A DNA stretch of 62,981 bases, filler included, from Olpidium bornovanus S191 (GCA_017911155.1; 29 parts of 29 records of this genome joined end to end with filler, not necessarily neighbours in it), one strand, 5' to 3'; positions 33,785 through 45,802 are shown, numbered from the whole stretch's first letter. The notes: a model not told the origin generated them from the sequence alone. Program-made: numbers and translations.

Positions 33785-35355
33785 TCATCTTCTCCCAATC
33801 GGCGATCTCCTTCCGATCGGCGACCTTCTCCCGATTGGGGACCTTCTTCCCACCGGTGACCTCCTTCCGATAGACGATCTCCTCGGCGGACTGCGCCGTG
33901 CCACATATGAACCCCTCTTGGGAGGGGGAGAGGCGCTGATGCTAGCCCTGCGCCGGCCGACAACTTTGCTCCTGCTCAGACTCCGGCTTCGAGACCTGCC
34001 AGGGCTACGGCTCCGGCTTTGTGGTGAGAAGCTCCTGCTGCGGCTGCGAGAGTCGTAGGACGAGCTGCGGGAGTCGTACGACGGGTGGCGGCGTCCGCGG
34101 CGGGGCAGGGGCGAACGTGTGCGTTGCCGGCCGCGAGCCGGCGGCGAAATCGAGCGAGACATCGAGCGGGAGCGTCCGTACCTGCGGCCGCCGAAGCCCC
34201 GGGGAGGCGGGGGGCTATACCTGCGTCCCTGGCGGAAAAGAGGCGGTGGGAACCGGCGGCTCGGGACACCATAGTCGCGTGGATCTAGAATGGTGTCAGA
34301 AGTTTTTCTAACCGCAGCGAGAGCGTGAAAATAGTGTATCGCACACCTTTCCTTGAAGCTGGAGGAGGGCTCCTCCGTGCGGGAGGAGGGCTCTTCCGTG
34401 CGGGAGGAGGGCTCTTCCGTGCGGGAGGCGGCCGAACTGCCTTGACGGCAAGGAAATTCCCGTCCAACTGGCCGCCGTCCATGTACAGCATGCCTTTTTC
34501 GGCGTCGGCAGCCGCCTCGAACTCAACCAAGGCGCTACCGCGATGAGTCCCGACTAGGATGTACAATGGCACACAAAAACATTTGAGCGCAGGCCGGACG
34601 CACACAAAACGTTGGCCGAAGAGCACAAAGGGAAAAAGAGGAGGCGCAGTAAAGCAAAAAGAACAAGCTACCTTTATGGTTGTAGTCCATCACAACGTTC
34701 GTGACTTTTCCGAACTTGTTGAAAATTTCCTCCACATGCGCTGCGGTCACGTTCTTGGTGAGACCGTTGACGGAGACTTTGCAAATGCGTGGAGGGAGCG
34801 AGGGTGACCGCCTTCCGCGAGGAGGCGAAGGGCTGCGAGAGGCCCCGCGTCGGCCTCTGAAAGGAGAGCGCGACCGTGAGCGCGAAGGCGAAGTGCTGTA
34901 ACGGTGGGAGCGGGAACGCGAAGGAGACCGAGGCCGCGGACTACGCGACCTGGCGGGAGGCGGAGGACGAAGGGGTAAAAGGAGGGAGAAGGGGCGGAGG
35001 GGGGAGGGACGTTAGCCGGGAATTGCCACAAGGGTTGCGGCGTTCTCCCGGCGAGGACTCGCGAAATCCCGGTCGCCGGCCGCGTATACTTGTCCAAAAC
35101 AGCAACAAAAAAAGTTGAAACGTTGAAAACAGGTCCCTTCCCCAGGCGCCGGGCACGCGCGGTGCAAGCGAGGCAGTCAGGTTGCCAGAAAGATACTCAC
35201 CGCGACGGCGAAGCTCCCGCCCTGCTCCCCGCTCTCTGCCAGCCCTTCCCGCTGCCGGCGGGGGATGGCGGCGATCGCCCACGGGAGGCGGCACGCTTTG
35301 CTCCCCCTCGCCCCTTCGGCGGGGACGGAGAACGCGAGCGTGACACTCCAGGCAT
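33785..35355 (-). CDS. RNPS1: RNA-binding protein with serine-rich domain 1 (RNPS1-like SR/RRM protein), multi-exon, apparently complete
   Basis: RS-rich N-terminus from ATG 35355. RRM reads KVSVNGLTKNVTAAHVEEIFNKFGKV..|..RGSALVEFEAAADAEKGMLYMDGGQLDG. The RS/RRSP-rich C-terminus ends at 33785. Confidence 0.88.
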
Positions 35356-35917
35356 CTCTTGGACGTCTTTCCTTCGCCCGCAAAATTGCGGGGCCGCGTT
35401 TGGGGCGAGTGTTTTTTTTTTTTTTTTTTTTTTGGTCTCGGGTTTGGGACGGCGCAACGCCAGGGGCACGTGACCGCGTCTTCTAGGCGGTTCAAGTTGG
35501 GCCCATTCTGAAATGACCCCAGAAGACCAAAAATTGTTTATGACTGTTGACTTCAGATAATGGGCGCGTCGAGTCGGCTGAATTCCGATGAAGACTGTGA
35601 TAAGCGGATGATTCTTTATGGCCTCGCATTGACTTGCCCTGCCCGCAACTACGCCTCTCATAAGGCGCCATGAANNNNNNNNNNNNNNNNNNNNNNNNNN
35701 NNNNNNNNNNNNNNNNNNTTAATTAATTAANNNNNNNNNNNNNNNNNNNNNNNNNNNNNNNNNNNNNNNNNNNNAAAACGCCCGCGCGTCTGTCGTGCCG
35801 CTGACGTCTGCTTCCTTTCTTATACCGCAAATCCCACCTGCGGAATCCGCAAAATAATAATAAATAAATAAATAAAAACAAAAAACTCGCACATGGAACG
35901 CGGGGCACAATTTCCAG

Positions 35918-36275
35918 TGTGCCAAACGCCCTTCCCGGACGAGAGACGCTGGAGGGGGAGATCTTCGGCATGGAGGGCATCCCGGAAGCGGACCTCTTGG
36001 CCCGCGACGCCGAGCGCTACGCCAAGAACAACCCGGCTCCGCGCAGGATGAAGCCGGACATCCGGATGCCGGAAATGACGAAAGAGGAGATTATCGCTCT
36101 TCTGGAGGCACACAAGGCCGGGCACCAGCACGTCTTCCTGGGACCTGCCGTGCCCGGGCCGCCGCACTGGCCGGGAATGATGGGGCCGCCCCCGGCGATG
36201 GGCACAATGCCGCACATGCCGCCAATTGAGTCGCCTTTACGCATCCCCCCGAGTTTTCGACGCCCACACGCGTAG
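35918..36275 (+). CDS. ZNF207: BuGZ/ZNF207-family zinc-finger protein, last exon
   Basis: VPNALPGRETLEGEIFGMEGIPEADL (compare VPNAIPGRTDIELEIYGMEGIPE), followed by a Pro/Met-rich tail. Confidence 0.85.
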
Positions 36276-37787
36276 TGCGCCCGGTGCGTGACTTTTTTTC
36301 CTTTTTCCTCTCAGCTCCTCTTTCCCCCAGCCTCCCCCCCGGAACCTCTACCTCACGGCACGCCTGTAGTTTCAAATATTTTGTCTCGAAGCAAACTGCC
36401 ATGCTGCGAATATGAATGCAGTAGGCGAAAATTCTTCCCATCGTGCTTTGAGAGTGAGTGGTTAAAGGCACGTTGATCCGCACAGGCAAACTTGGATTCT
36501 ATGACGCGTGAGATTTTGTTGACTTTTTGATCACATGGTGTCACGTTAATAAAAAGAAAATGAAATAAAAGTACAATATACTTATTCCATATAAAAAGCA
36601 GCAAAACGAATATAAGTTAAGGTCTTTTCGGGGCTAGTACAGTAATTTCTATCATACAATGGAAGCAAATAGCAATGTACATGCAATAGGTCAGATGACA
36701 ATTGGGCCAAAACACACTGACTAGATCTGAACCAAGCGTTTCAGAAGAAATTTGCAGGCAGGATAAACGCAGCTACTCAGGTCTTGACGAACCTAAATAG
36801 TCCCGTCTGAGGGGCCAGGGTTTCCACAGCAGTTCGCAGCTGTGGTGGCCAGCACACTAGAAAGCACCCTCCATCTCCTTCACAACCCACAACTCAAACA
36901 ATTGTAAACCAATCAGAGCCACTCATGAACGTCTCCCTCATTTACCACCTGCCTCTTCCCGCGGAAGAAACTGAATCCCCCCTGGCCAATGCTCAGATGT
37001 GATCCATTGAGAGCTGGCAGATTACGGACGCGGTGCGTTTCCAAAAGTTTGCAACATCTGGCGAATCTGGCCGGTATGCTTCGGCTCATTGCCAACCACC
37101 ATCCCCGGTAATTTTTTTTTTTTTTTTGCCTGACGCGCTTTTCGATGTTTTACCAAGCGCCTTGTGCAGGGCTACGGGCTCTCCTCGTCTGCGCTAGTGG
37201 AGGTGAACAGGGCGCGGGCTCCGGTTCCCGTTCGAGCGATGAGGATTGGTGTGAAGGCCGAGACGATGAGCTTAACGGGTCCGACATGGTCAGGCTCGCA
37301 ATCCCCTGTCTTAGATGGCCTGCGTGCACGCTGCTTCGCCGCCCGAACGCAAAAGGATTAAAATAAAAAAGAGAATGTCGACGACACCACAAAAAAAAAA
37401 TATNNNNNNNNNNNNNNNNNNNNNNNNNNNNNNNNNNNNNNNNNNNNTTAATTAATTAANNNNNNNNNNNNNNNNNNNNNNNNNNNNNNNNNNNNNNNNN
37501 NNNAATCAAGGTAAATCTTGCCGTTTCCTTTTTTTTTTCTGTCTTTGGCCGCGCATCGCGCGGCTTTCGCACGTTGCTCGTTATTAGATTTTTTTACTTT
37601 TACGCGTGCTGACATACGTTCATGGAATTTTTGCGCCGTCCCTGGCTGACGGACGCCGCGCCGTTCCGTAAAACATTCTTTCTCGGGCGCCCAGCTGAGT
37701 CTCCTCGTACGGTGGTGCTTTTACTGGCTGGCAATTGCTGTAGTAATTCTCGTCATAATCAACGGAGGCAACCTGGCACCTCAGCCG

Positions 37788-38719
37788 AGCGAATCAACGA
37801 CAAGTGATGAAAACCCTGTTACCATGTGGGTTCGCGTCATCGACAAAAACAACCTTCCCACCATCGCTGTCGTGGTCGTCCTGATCGTTGTGGAGTTTGC
37901 CACGCTGTTCGCAACGATGATTCAACGGTGGTTGTATCCGCGGTTCGTTTCCCGCTGCTCCCCAGACACCGCGATAAAGTGGTGTCACGTTCGCCCGGTG
38001 TTCTCCCAGCCGGGCACATTCCAGTACAAGATCTGGGACTGGTGGTCGATGTCCCTCGACACGAGAACCTTCTCTTACACGGGATCCGTCAATTCTGCCG
38101 GGGTGCCCCACGGCTACGGCGAGTGGTACGACGACGCGAACAGCGGGGAGGTCACCAAGGGCTATTGGCGCTATGGGATTCCGGTGGCCCCGTACAAGGC
38201 CAGGGAATTTGGAAGTGGTGACTCGTTCAACGCCGTCAAGATCGGGTTCGCTACTTCCTCTAGGCTGGGGATGGACGAATACAGCCCTCTCCCGCAGTTC
38301 GATCTCCGGGGGGTCAGGTACGGCGTCGCGAGCGTCGAGTGCAGCGTCAGCGGGTGGGTAACGCTTTTTCTGCCGAGGAGTTACAAAAAAAAAATTGGTT
38401 CGTCCTGCTGGGGCATTTGCGTTTCCACGGAGTTTTATTCGTGACGGGAATTACGTTTTCCAACAGCAAATTCTTTGCCGAACTCCCCGAGGTGACGGTC
38501 ACGAGCGAGCCCGCCTATCGCGAAGACATTCTGGCGAGGTTGGGAGAGGATTCCGAAACCGGTAGAACCTGCAGGCCTATGGACGTCTTACTTGATGACA
38601 TGGACAACAGGGAGTTTGGAGGCTACGGAAGTTGCCCTTCTCCGATGTCGCGTCTGTCTGCGGGCGCTGCGAACGACCGTCAGTCGTCCGGCCAAGCGAA
38701 CCTGCAGGGAACGTTCCTG
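37788..38719 (+). CDS. Uncharacterised membrane protein fragment with a MORN-like G/Y/W segment
   Basis: Hydrophobic helix IAVVVVLIVVEFATLFATMI, then YTGSVNSAGVPHGYGEWYDD..GYWRYGIPVAPYKAREFGSGD. Intron at about 38356-38465, then KFFAELPEV. Confidence 0.6.
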
Positions 38720-38995
38720 NNNNNNNNNNNNNNNNNNNNNNNNNNNNNNNNNNNNNNNNNNNNTTAATTAATTAANNNNNNNNNNNNNNNNNNNNNNNNN
38801 NNNNNNNNNNNNNNNNNNNCATGACCGTCTCTTTTTGAGTTTGTAGCTCCTTTCGTGTGAGTTTGTACAAATTAAAATTAATACACCCGTTGAATAATGT
38901 TGAAAAGTACCCTATAATTTTGGGCTACGTTTTCTTTTTAAAAAAAACCACACGAGTCCCGTTCAGAGAAACAAAAAAAAACCGTATACACGTAG

Positions 38996-40945
38996 TTGGT
39001 AGCTAAAGCAAGTCCTATTGCGCCTTCCGTCTCGACGAACGATGTGGCGCCGGACGCGCTCCGGTTTCGCGGTAACGTGCCCACGTTCAGTATTCTATAT
39101 CGACGAACGAGGCGCCAACACGCATTTACGCCAAGCCAAACTTACGCTCGCGCCTCGTCTTTTGACAATTGTTTGCGTGGTCGACAGTTGCCGGCGTTTG
39201 CGGCACGCGCCTTTTCCGCATCTTTACACGGATCACCGGATAGTAGCGAAACTACAGACTTCCGCGTCTCGCCTTTTGGCAATCATTTGCACGGTCGACA
39301 GTCGCCAGCGTTGGCTGAACGCGCCTTCTCCGCGTCCCTACACGAATCACCAGATAGTAGCGAAGCTACAGACTTCCGCGCCTCGCCTTTTGGCAATCAT
39401 TTGCGCGGTCGACAGTTGCCGGCGTTGGCTGAACGCGCTTTCTCCGCGTCTCCACAAGGGTCACCGGATAGTAACGAAACTACAGACGTCCGCGCCTCGC
39501 CTTTTGGCAATCATTCGCCCGGCAGACAGTTACCGGCGTTGGCTGAACGCGCCGCCTCCGCGTCTATACACGAATCGCCGGATGGTAGCGAAACAGCAGA
39601 CACGACTTTCCACTCCGGCTTTCAACAGCTCAGCCGACTTAGGTCCCTTCTGGACGCCGCGAAAACCAAGCCGGCCCGCAGTCGGGGAGCGCAAGTCGGG
39701 GACGCGTGGCGCTTGGCGACTGAAGCCAACGCTATGAGAGAGACGATTGCAGAGCTGGAGCAAGAGGTAGTTGAACTTCGCGTGCAGCTCGACTCCGCGC
39801 GGGAGGTCCTCGCGCCGTACAACGAGCAGGCCGGGGGGTCGGAAAGCATCGCAACGCTCGTATGCCTTCTGGTCACCGAGCTCCAGGCCTCGGAGTCCGT
39901 TGTGAAGCAGCTCCGGGGCAGTCTGTCTGAGCGAGAGCAGCAGCTGAACGCGGCTAAGGACGCTGAGGCGGGTATGCTTAACCAGCTACGCAAGGTGACA
40001 GCGGAGCTCGCTGCCGTGAAGGCCGAGGCCGAAAAAAGAGCAACAATAGTCGAAAACGGCTCATTCTCTCCTAATGGGTTTGGGAGCCCGGTCCCGGAAG
40101 TGAAATCCGTTTGCAAAGCATCGCACGAAGAGGAAGGCTGCCGTCCGCGCGCTATTCAGCTCGAGTCGGAACTTTACGATGCGCAGCGATTAGCACGGTT
40201 TCAGGAAGAAAGTTTTGAGCAGCCTTCCGCGGGAGTGGAGAAGCAGCAGGCTGCCGAACTTCCAGGCCAGGCGCGAGAGGTGACCGTTGAAGCGGCGATA
40301 ACAGTCTGTTGCGCAGTCACCGAGGGAGGAATTCAGGAAGTAAATCTAAAGCAGGCTTCCGCGGGAATAGAGGTGCAAACAGTCCGGTCGCAAGAAACGG
40401 TTTCGGAGGTGGCGATTACGCGGTCGGAAGCCCAATCAGTTTCTTCTACTGCAACGCAAGAGTCAGTGAATCGCACGGCAAACGAACGACGATCAGTGCG
40501 AGGCGAAAGCGGGGAGCGCCAATGGAATGCCCAGGAGGTCCGAGCCCTTGAAGCCGATCTCGCGCACGTGACGGAAATGCTGCGGGAAGCGTGCGCGGAA
40601 GTCGAGGAGCGGGACGCGCGAGTGCGACTTCTGGAAACGGAATTGGCCACGGCAGCGGAGAAGCGCTTAGCGATGGCGGAGCGGGAGAGCCGGCGGGTGC
40701 GGGAGCTCGACGAGAAGCTTGCCGAGGTTACAGGGCGGCTAGGTACATTGGAAAAGGAGCGTTTGCCGGAGATGCAGCGAGCGAAGGCGCTCGAGGCGGA
40801 GGTTGAAGCATTGCGTGCGGAGGCGGCTGCCCAGGCAGAAAGGCTCGCGGCCGCGGTGGTCCTGCCGGCTGAGAGCGTCCGGAATGCAGAAGTCGCGTTG
40901 GCCGAAGCAGGGTACGACGCTTGGGTGCCCGGTGAACTTCTCATG
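38996..40945 (+). CDS. Long coiled-coil protein with four 38-aa N-terminal repeats; partial
   Basis: A 650-codon open frame runs to the contig end with heptad-rich E/A/L/R helices. The true start is uncertain. Confidence 0.75.
39152..39607 (+). repeat. Coding tandem repeat, 114 bp (38 aa) x 4
   Basis: Units start at 39152, 39266, 39380 and 39494. Consensus ASPFGNHLRGRQLPALAERAFSASLHESPDSSETTDFR. Confidence 0.95.
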
Positions 40946-41045
40946 NNNNNNNNNNNNNNNNNNNNNNNNNNNNNNNNNNNNNNNNNNNNTTAATTAATTA
41001 ANNNNNNNNNNNNNNNNNNNNNNNNNNNNNNNNNNNNNNNNNNNN

Positions 41046-42009
41046 CATGTCGCAGGTCGCCTGCGGCGACTCCGCGTACACGAGCCCGGAAGAGTTCATC
41101 GAAGAAGCAATAGATCCGAGGTAAAGAGAAATTAAAATAAAATAAAAAGGAAAACAATCCCCCATAAATGGTTTGTTAATTATTTTTTTTTGTTCAACCT
41201 GTTTCTTTTTTTTTTATGTCGGCTTTAGGAAAGCCGACATGTGGGCTGTTGGCATCGTGTACCTGGCTATGGTCCACAACAGCCTGCCGTGGCGGGCGGC
41301 CTCGCTGGACGACAACTCGTACAAGCGGTACGCCGAAGCGTACGGCGAGGTCGCAAAGCTGACCCCCGCCGCGCCGCCCACTCCGGCTGCGGCCGGGGAA
41401 CCGCTTGGAGCGAACGCGATGGCGAGAACACCGCGGGCTCCGGCCGCAGGGGAGAGGACGATGCAGTTCCTGGCCGCCGGGCCCTTGGAACCGGGCGGGC
41501 CGGCGACGACCCCGACGTCGCTATTTGGCGTCCTCTCCCTGGAGACGACGACGACGACGACGTCTCTCGTGTTCGGCGACGGGAGGCCGCCGCCGCCGTT
41601 GTTCGAGGAACGGGCGAGCCCCGGCGACGACGCCGCCGTGTCGGGGTTTCTGTCGTCGTCGCCGTCGTCGCCGACGCAGCAGCTGCCGGTGCGCGCCAGC
41701 TACGGGCCGGGCTACGCGCTCATCGCGTCGCTGCCGGCGCACAAGGGAGCCGTCGTCCTCGCCATCCTCAACCCGTCCCCCTCGGAGAGGCCCGGCGCGC
41801 GCGAGGTTTTGGCCAGCCCCTGGCTCGCCGAGACGCGCGAGTGCCACGTCCCTGGCAGCGCCTTCGGCGACGGGGGCGGCGTCGTCGGCGCGGGCGGCGG
41901 CGGCGGCGGGGGCGGCGGGGGCGGCGGGGGCGGCGGGGGCGGCGGGGGCGGCGGCGAGCGGCGCGAACTCCTCACCGTGCGCGGGGTCACCTGGCGGCTG
42001 TTCTCGTGA
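41046..42009 (+). CDS. Ser/Thr protein kinase, Npr/HAL-like, C-lobe and tail only
   Basis: ACGDSAYTSPEEFIEEAIDPR|KADMWAVGIVYLAMVHNSLPWRAASLDDNSYKRY..LNPSPSERPGAREVLASPWL (subdomains VIII-XI). Confidence 0.82.
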
Positions 42010-42093
42010 GAGAGAGAGAGAGGGAGGCCGGCAAAACAACTCCCTCACGCTCCCTCCCGCGCACGCGCGCCCGCCCGGAAAATGGCCGGGAGG

Positions 42094-42129
<36 letters not shown>

Positions 42130-42301
42130 CCCTGCCGGTCTTCGGATCCTCCCTGGGTGCCGCGCACGCCGCGACGCCTCACACGCNNNNNNNNNNNNNN
42201 NNNNNNNNNNNNNNNNNNNNNNNNNNNNNNTTAATTAATTAANNNNNNNNNNNNNNNNNNNNNNNNNNNNNNNNNNNNNNNNNNNNCCGGGGGGGGGGGG
42301 T

Positions 42302-42335
<34 letters not shown>

Positions 42336-43104
42336 GCCGCGGAGCGTTTGACATCAGCGCGAGGATCCCCAAAAACGTGGCTGGGAACGGGAGGCCATAG
42401 CGGGAAGGAAGGGCAACCGGGCTAAGGTGGAGAGTGCCCTCCTTCCAAACCTCAACCAACTCCCCACCCTCCCTGCCCTTCAACCCCCAAGCCATCCCGC
42501 CCGCAATACGGCCCGATCGTATGTCCCCCATTCGCCCTGCGCACGCTTACGAGGGTGAGGTAGTCTGTTCGATGGGTTCCGATCGGGATTCGGAATGGCA
42601 AGGGCGGTTGGGGTCCGGGGACCGGGGTGCTTGAGGGCTTTCTCTTCTGTTATGGAGTGTTGCGGAGGGAGCTTTTCTTCTCAGGCCCTCGTGCAATTCT
42701 TGCCCCAGCATTCCCGACCCCCAACCCCCAACGCCCCCGCCCCCGCTCCCCCTCTGCTTCGTACCGACAAGCGGACGCAAGCCGAGTGCCTCCCATTTTA
42801 GAAACTTCCATCCTCGCGGGGGGGGGGGGAAGGGAAGCCGAAAGCCCCATTCGGGCGCAAGTAGGATGCGAAAGGACAGGGAATTACGAAGCTGAAGCAT
42901 AAACGAAAAGCTGACGGGCCATCCTGGTGCCCGTCGAAAGGCCGGTTGGACGGGAAAGAGGCGGCCGACGAGCGTTAATTGAGGCCGCCGGGAGGGGTTT
43001 TCTTTTTTTTGCCGACATTGACGTGCCAGCGATTTTGGCCGGCGAGTCGACGTAGAAGAAGGCGCAGGAGGGTGAAGAAAGACTACAGGGCTCTAGGTCT
43101 CTGA

Positions 43105-43454
43105 TAATTGGCTTGTTAAGGCGGCTGTTGAGGTAGGCCATGATGTAGGCTACAACATTGGCGTACCAGCAGTGTTGGGCGGCGAGAGAAAGAAGAAGGC
43201 GCAAGGAGGGGAAAGAGGCTACGGGGCTCAAATTCTCGTAAAGACACCTGCCCGCTGAGATTAGCCTTTTGCAACGAATCGGACTTCGTAGCGTTTAACG
43301 CGATTATCAAAATTTCGGTTTGTTTGGTGGACTCATTTGCTCTTGACTGGGCGCACATCTGGCGGGCGGGGAATCAATTCGAAAACGTTGTTGCACTGTA
43401 CGGAGTCGTTTACCTGCTTCATTGCCGTTTTCCACTGGTTGGGTGCAGGGAAGG
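43105..43454 (-). mobile_element. Decayed Ty1/copia reverse transcriptase fragment
   Basis: PNQWKTAMKQ..NNVFELIPRPPDVRPVKSK*V..RYEVRFVAKG*SQ..PVASFPSLRLLLSLAAQHCW..AYLNSRL matches the copia RVT_2 N-terminus, with stops and a frameshift. Confidence 0.88.
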
Positions 43455-43554
43455 NNNNNNNNNNNNNNNNNNNNNNNNNNNNNNNNNNNNNNNNNNNNTT
43501 AATTAATTAANNNNNNNNNNNNNNNNNNNNNNNNNNNNNNNNNNNNNNNNNNNN

Positions 43555-43667
43555 CAAATGCCAAAAATAAGTTTAATATCATTATGTCCCCCGGAGGGGA
43601 CGATTCAGATATTAAGCTGAATAGAACAGATACTACACTTGATCTAAGCCAATAGGCCTGAGAGGAT
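43555..43667 (-). ncRNA. U2: U2 spliceosomal snRNA, 3' stem-loops cut off by the contig end
   Basis: The minus strand reads AUCCUCUCAGGCCUAUUGGCUUAGAUCAAGUGUAGUAUCUGUUCUAUUCAGCUUAAUAUCUGAAU..., with the invariant GAUCAAGUGUAGUAUCUG, stems IIa and IIb, and Sm site AUUUUUG. Confidence 0.97.
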
Positions 43668-43701
43668 TGGGGAAAGGTTTTCCGGCCGGGGAACGCTCGC
43701 C

Positions 43702-43708
43702 TTTTATA
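43702..43708 (-). promoter_or_regulatory. TATA box of the U2 snRNA gene
   Basis: TATAAAA on the minus strand, about 35 nt upstream of the U2 5' end. Confidence 0.7.
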
Positions 43709-44798
43709 CCCGCGAGGAGACCCGGCTGGATGAGGTGGGGGGGGAGGGGCCCGGAGGAGACATTCGGGTAGGCCGTGCGTTTTGTTTTGGTTTCGGCGGC
43801 CGCGACGATAACGCCCGTTGCTTTCGTTTTTGTAACCGCTTCCAAACAGGTTCGCCTGGTCCGCCGAAGCTTTCTCCCGTCCGTTTGCCGGACGGGGCCT
43901 GCTCCTAGGATTCCAGCGTGATACGGGAGCCGTTGCGGGCGACGGGTTCGTCGCCTTACAACGGCTTTAATTGCCAACTCCCGGTTTTTCGGTCATCTGC
44001 CAACAGGGAAAGCCCCGTATTTTGCCAACACGCCAGGATGCGTTTTGCAAAGGTCGGCGGAGAACTCCGAGCAGACCGGCGAAAAAAAAAAAAAAAATTG
44101 TGCGTTCTCGCGCGGGAGACAAACCGGAAAAAAATACGGTAACAAAAAAACGCGCTCGACGAAAGCAAATATCGGGTACCGGTTCGGATATGCCAGAGGC
44201 GCCGCCGGCGACGTCCTTTTTGCTCCGAAACGTTGCCGGACGTTTTTGCTGGTTTTTTCGCGGGGGGAAAAGGTGGGGGTGAGCGTGCCCGTCTTCGGCG
44301 CCTCCAGCGGTCTTCTTTTCCTTGAAAAATGATGGCCGTGGGAAAGGGCAGCACCACCAGGAAGAAGAGGGGGGAAATGCGCGACGACAAAAGAAGTATG
44401 TGTTGGACGACAGGGGCAACTGGGTCACCGTGCTCGCGCTCTAGCATCCGAATGCTTGAGTCGCCGGAGGGCCCGCAGGGCGGAGAGAGAGCGCGGCGGC
44501 GGAATTTAGGATGGATGGTTTTCTATTACAATAGGGGTGTCAAACCATTAGAGAACTGTTTTCTCGTATCACCTGCTTTTTGATAGCCGTATCACCTGGG
44601 ATACGGTGGTGTGGGTGATGTGGGTTATCACCTGTGTCAGACCTGAGTGACCATACCGCTATTACCACACATACGGCGATGGGGGACTGGGCTATCTACT
44701 GGGCTACTCCACTGCGCTCCCCCATCCCCGCCAGAAGAAAAAAAACAAGAAACAGAACACCTTGGGTGCCTGTACTGTGGAGAGTCGGGTTGCACTTT

Positions 44799-44984
44799 TG
44801 TGATGCCGCGGTAAGGTCCTTGGTCGAAGGAGGTCGCAGGACAAAAAGTGTTGTTTATTCAGGTCACATGTCGGAGAGATAGCACTCCCAAGGTGAAGTA
44901 CGTAAAGTACAGCTAAGTCAGGTCGAAGGGAAGTTCAGCGAGGTCATACACAGGCGAGGACAAGGGTTGCTATTTATGCAGTAA
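44799..44984 (-). mobile_element. Possible 3' end of an LTR (solo LTR fragment)
   Basis: The minus strand has CATAAATA, then AATAAA about 120 nt downstream, and ends in ..CATCACA. Non-coding. No second copy is available to confirm. Confidence 0.22.
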
Positions 44985-45802
44985 NNNNNNNNNNNNNNNN
45001 NNNNNNNNNNNNNNNNNNNNNNNNNNNNTTAATTAATTAANNNNNNNNNNNNNNNNNNNNNNNNNNNNNNNNNNNNNNNNNNNNCATGAAGATTGCGCTG
45101 GTGGCATGGAGGTGTGCTGCCAACTCGTGCTGTGGATATGGCGTGCGTGCGCGTGCTGCCGACCTGAAGGGCATGCTGTCGACGTGGACGGTGTGCGGCT
45201 TGGCGACCGGCGGGCGGATGCAGCTGACGATACGGGCGGATGCAGCTGACGATGCGGGCGGCCGCCCAAGATTACCTCAGGCCAACAAGATTGGGGCAGG
45301 TGGAGTATAGGAGGGGGGGGGGGAGTAAAGACAACCGGCAAGAGACTCTCCTTTGACTTTGGCCGAAGGCGAGCGAAGAGAAAACTCCTACGCGAAGTTT
45401 CTTAACGTGCAGGCAGTGGCGCGGGACAATGAGTGAAGGCCCTACCCCACTGCGACGGCGAAAGCGACGATGGTGACCCCTCACTGCGATGGCACGCGCC
45501 CCGGCGCAACCGTCTGGTGGGGTGTGGGGGTCGATGTGAGTTCAATGCTCCGCGGCAGAGATCCCGTAACCCACCAAGGTCACAGGACTCCGCCGGAGCA
45601 TTGCATAGTCGTTTTTATTGGATGGAAACGCGTGACAGGTGGAGCGGTGACCTGGGCGGTTTCGAGCTATGGTTATTGCTGGATTATAAAGAGAATGAAT
45701 GTGGATTTTCTGACTGGCTGAACCCGCCTTAAACTTGTGCCTCTCGAGTGTCAGAAACTCCCCGCAAGCGATTTTCCCTATCACCCCCATCATAACTGGG
45801 CC

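Noticed and set aside
36815-36850. Hairpin CCACAGC-N8-GCTGTGG as a SECIS element or other ncRNA
   Set aside because: No AUGA/GA quartet, no apical AA motif, and no UGA-containing selenoprotein ORF nearby.
43633-43977. 114-aa minus-strand ORF
   Set aside because: It runs through the U2 promoter and 5' end. The conserved feature is the RNA.
45433-45732. GRF zinc finger or an H2A partner upstream of H2B
   Set aside because: Only CGFSDWL resembles GRF, the other ligands are missing, and there is no H2A sequence on either strand.
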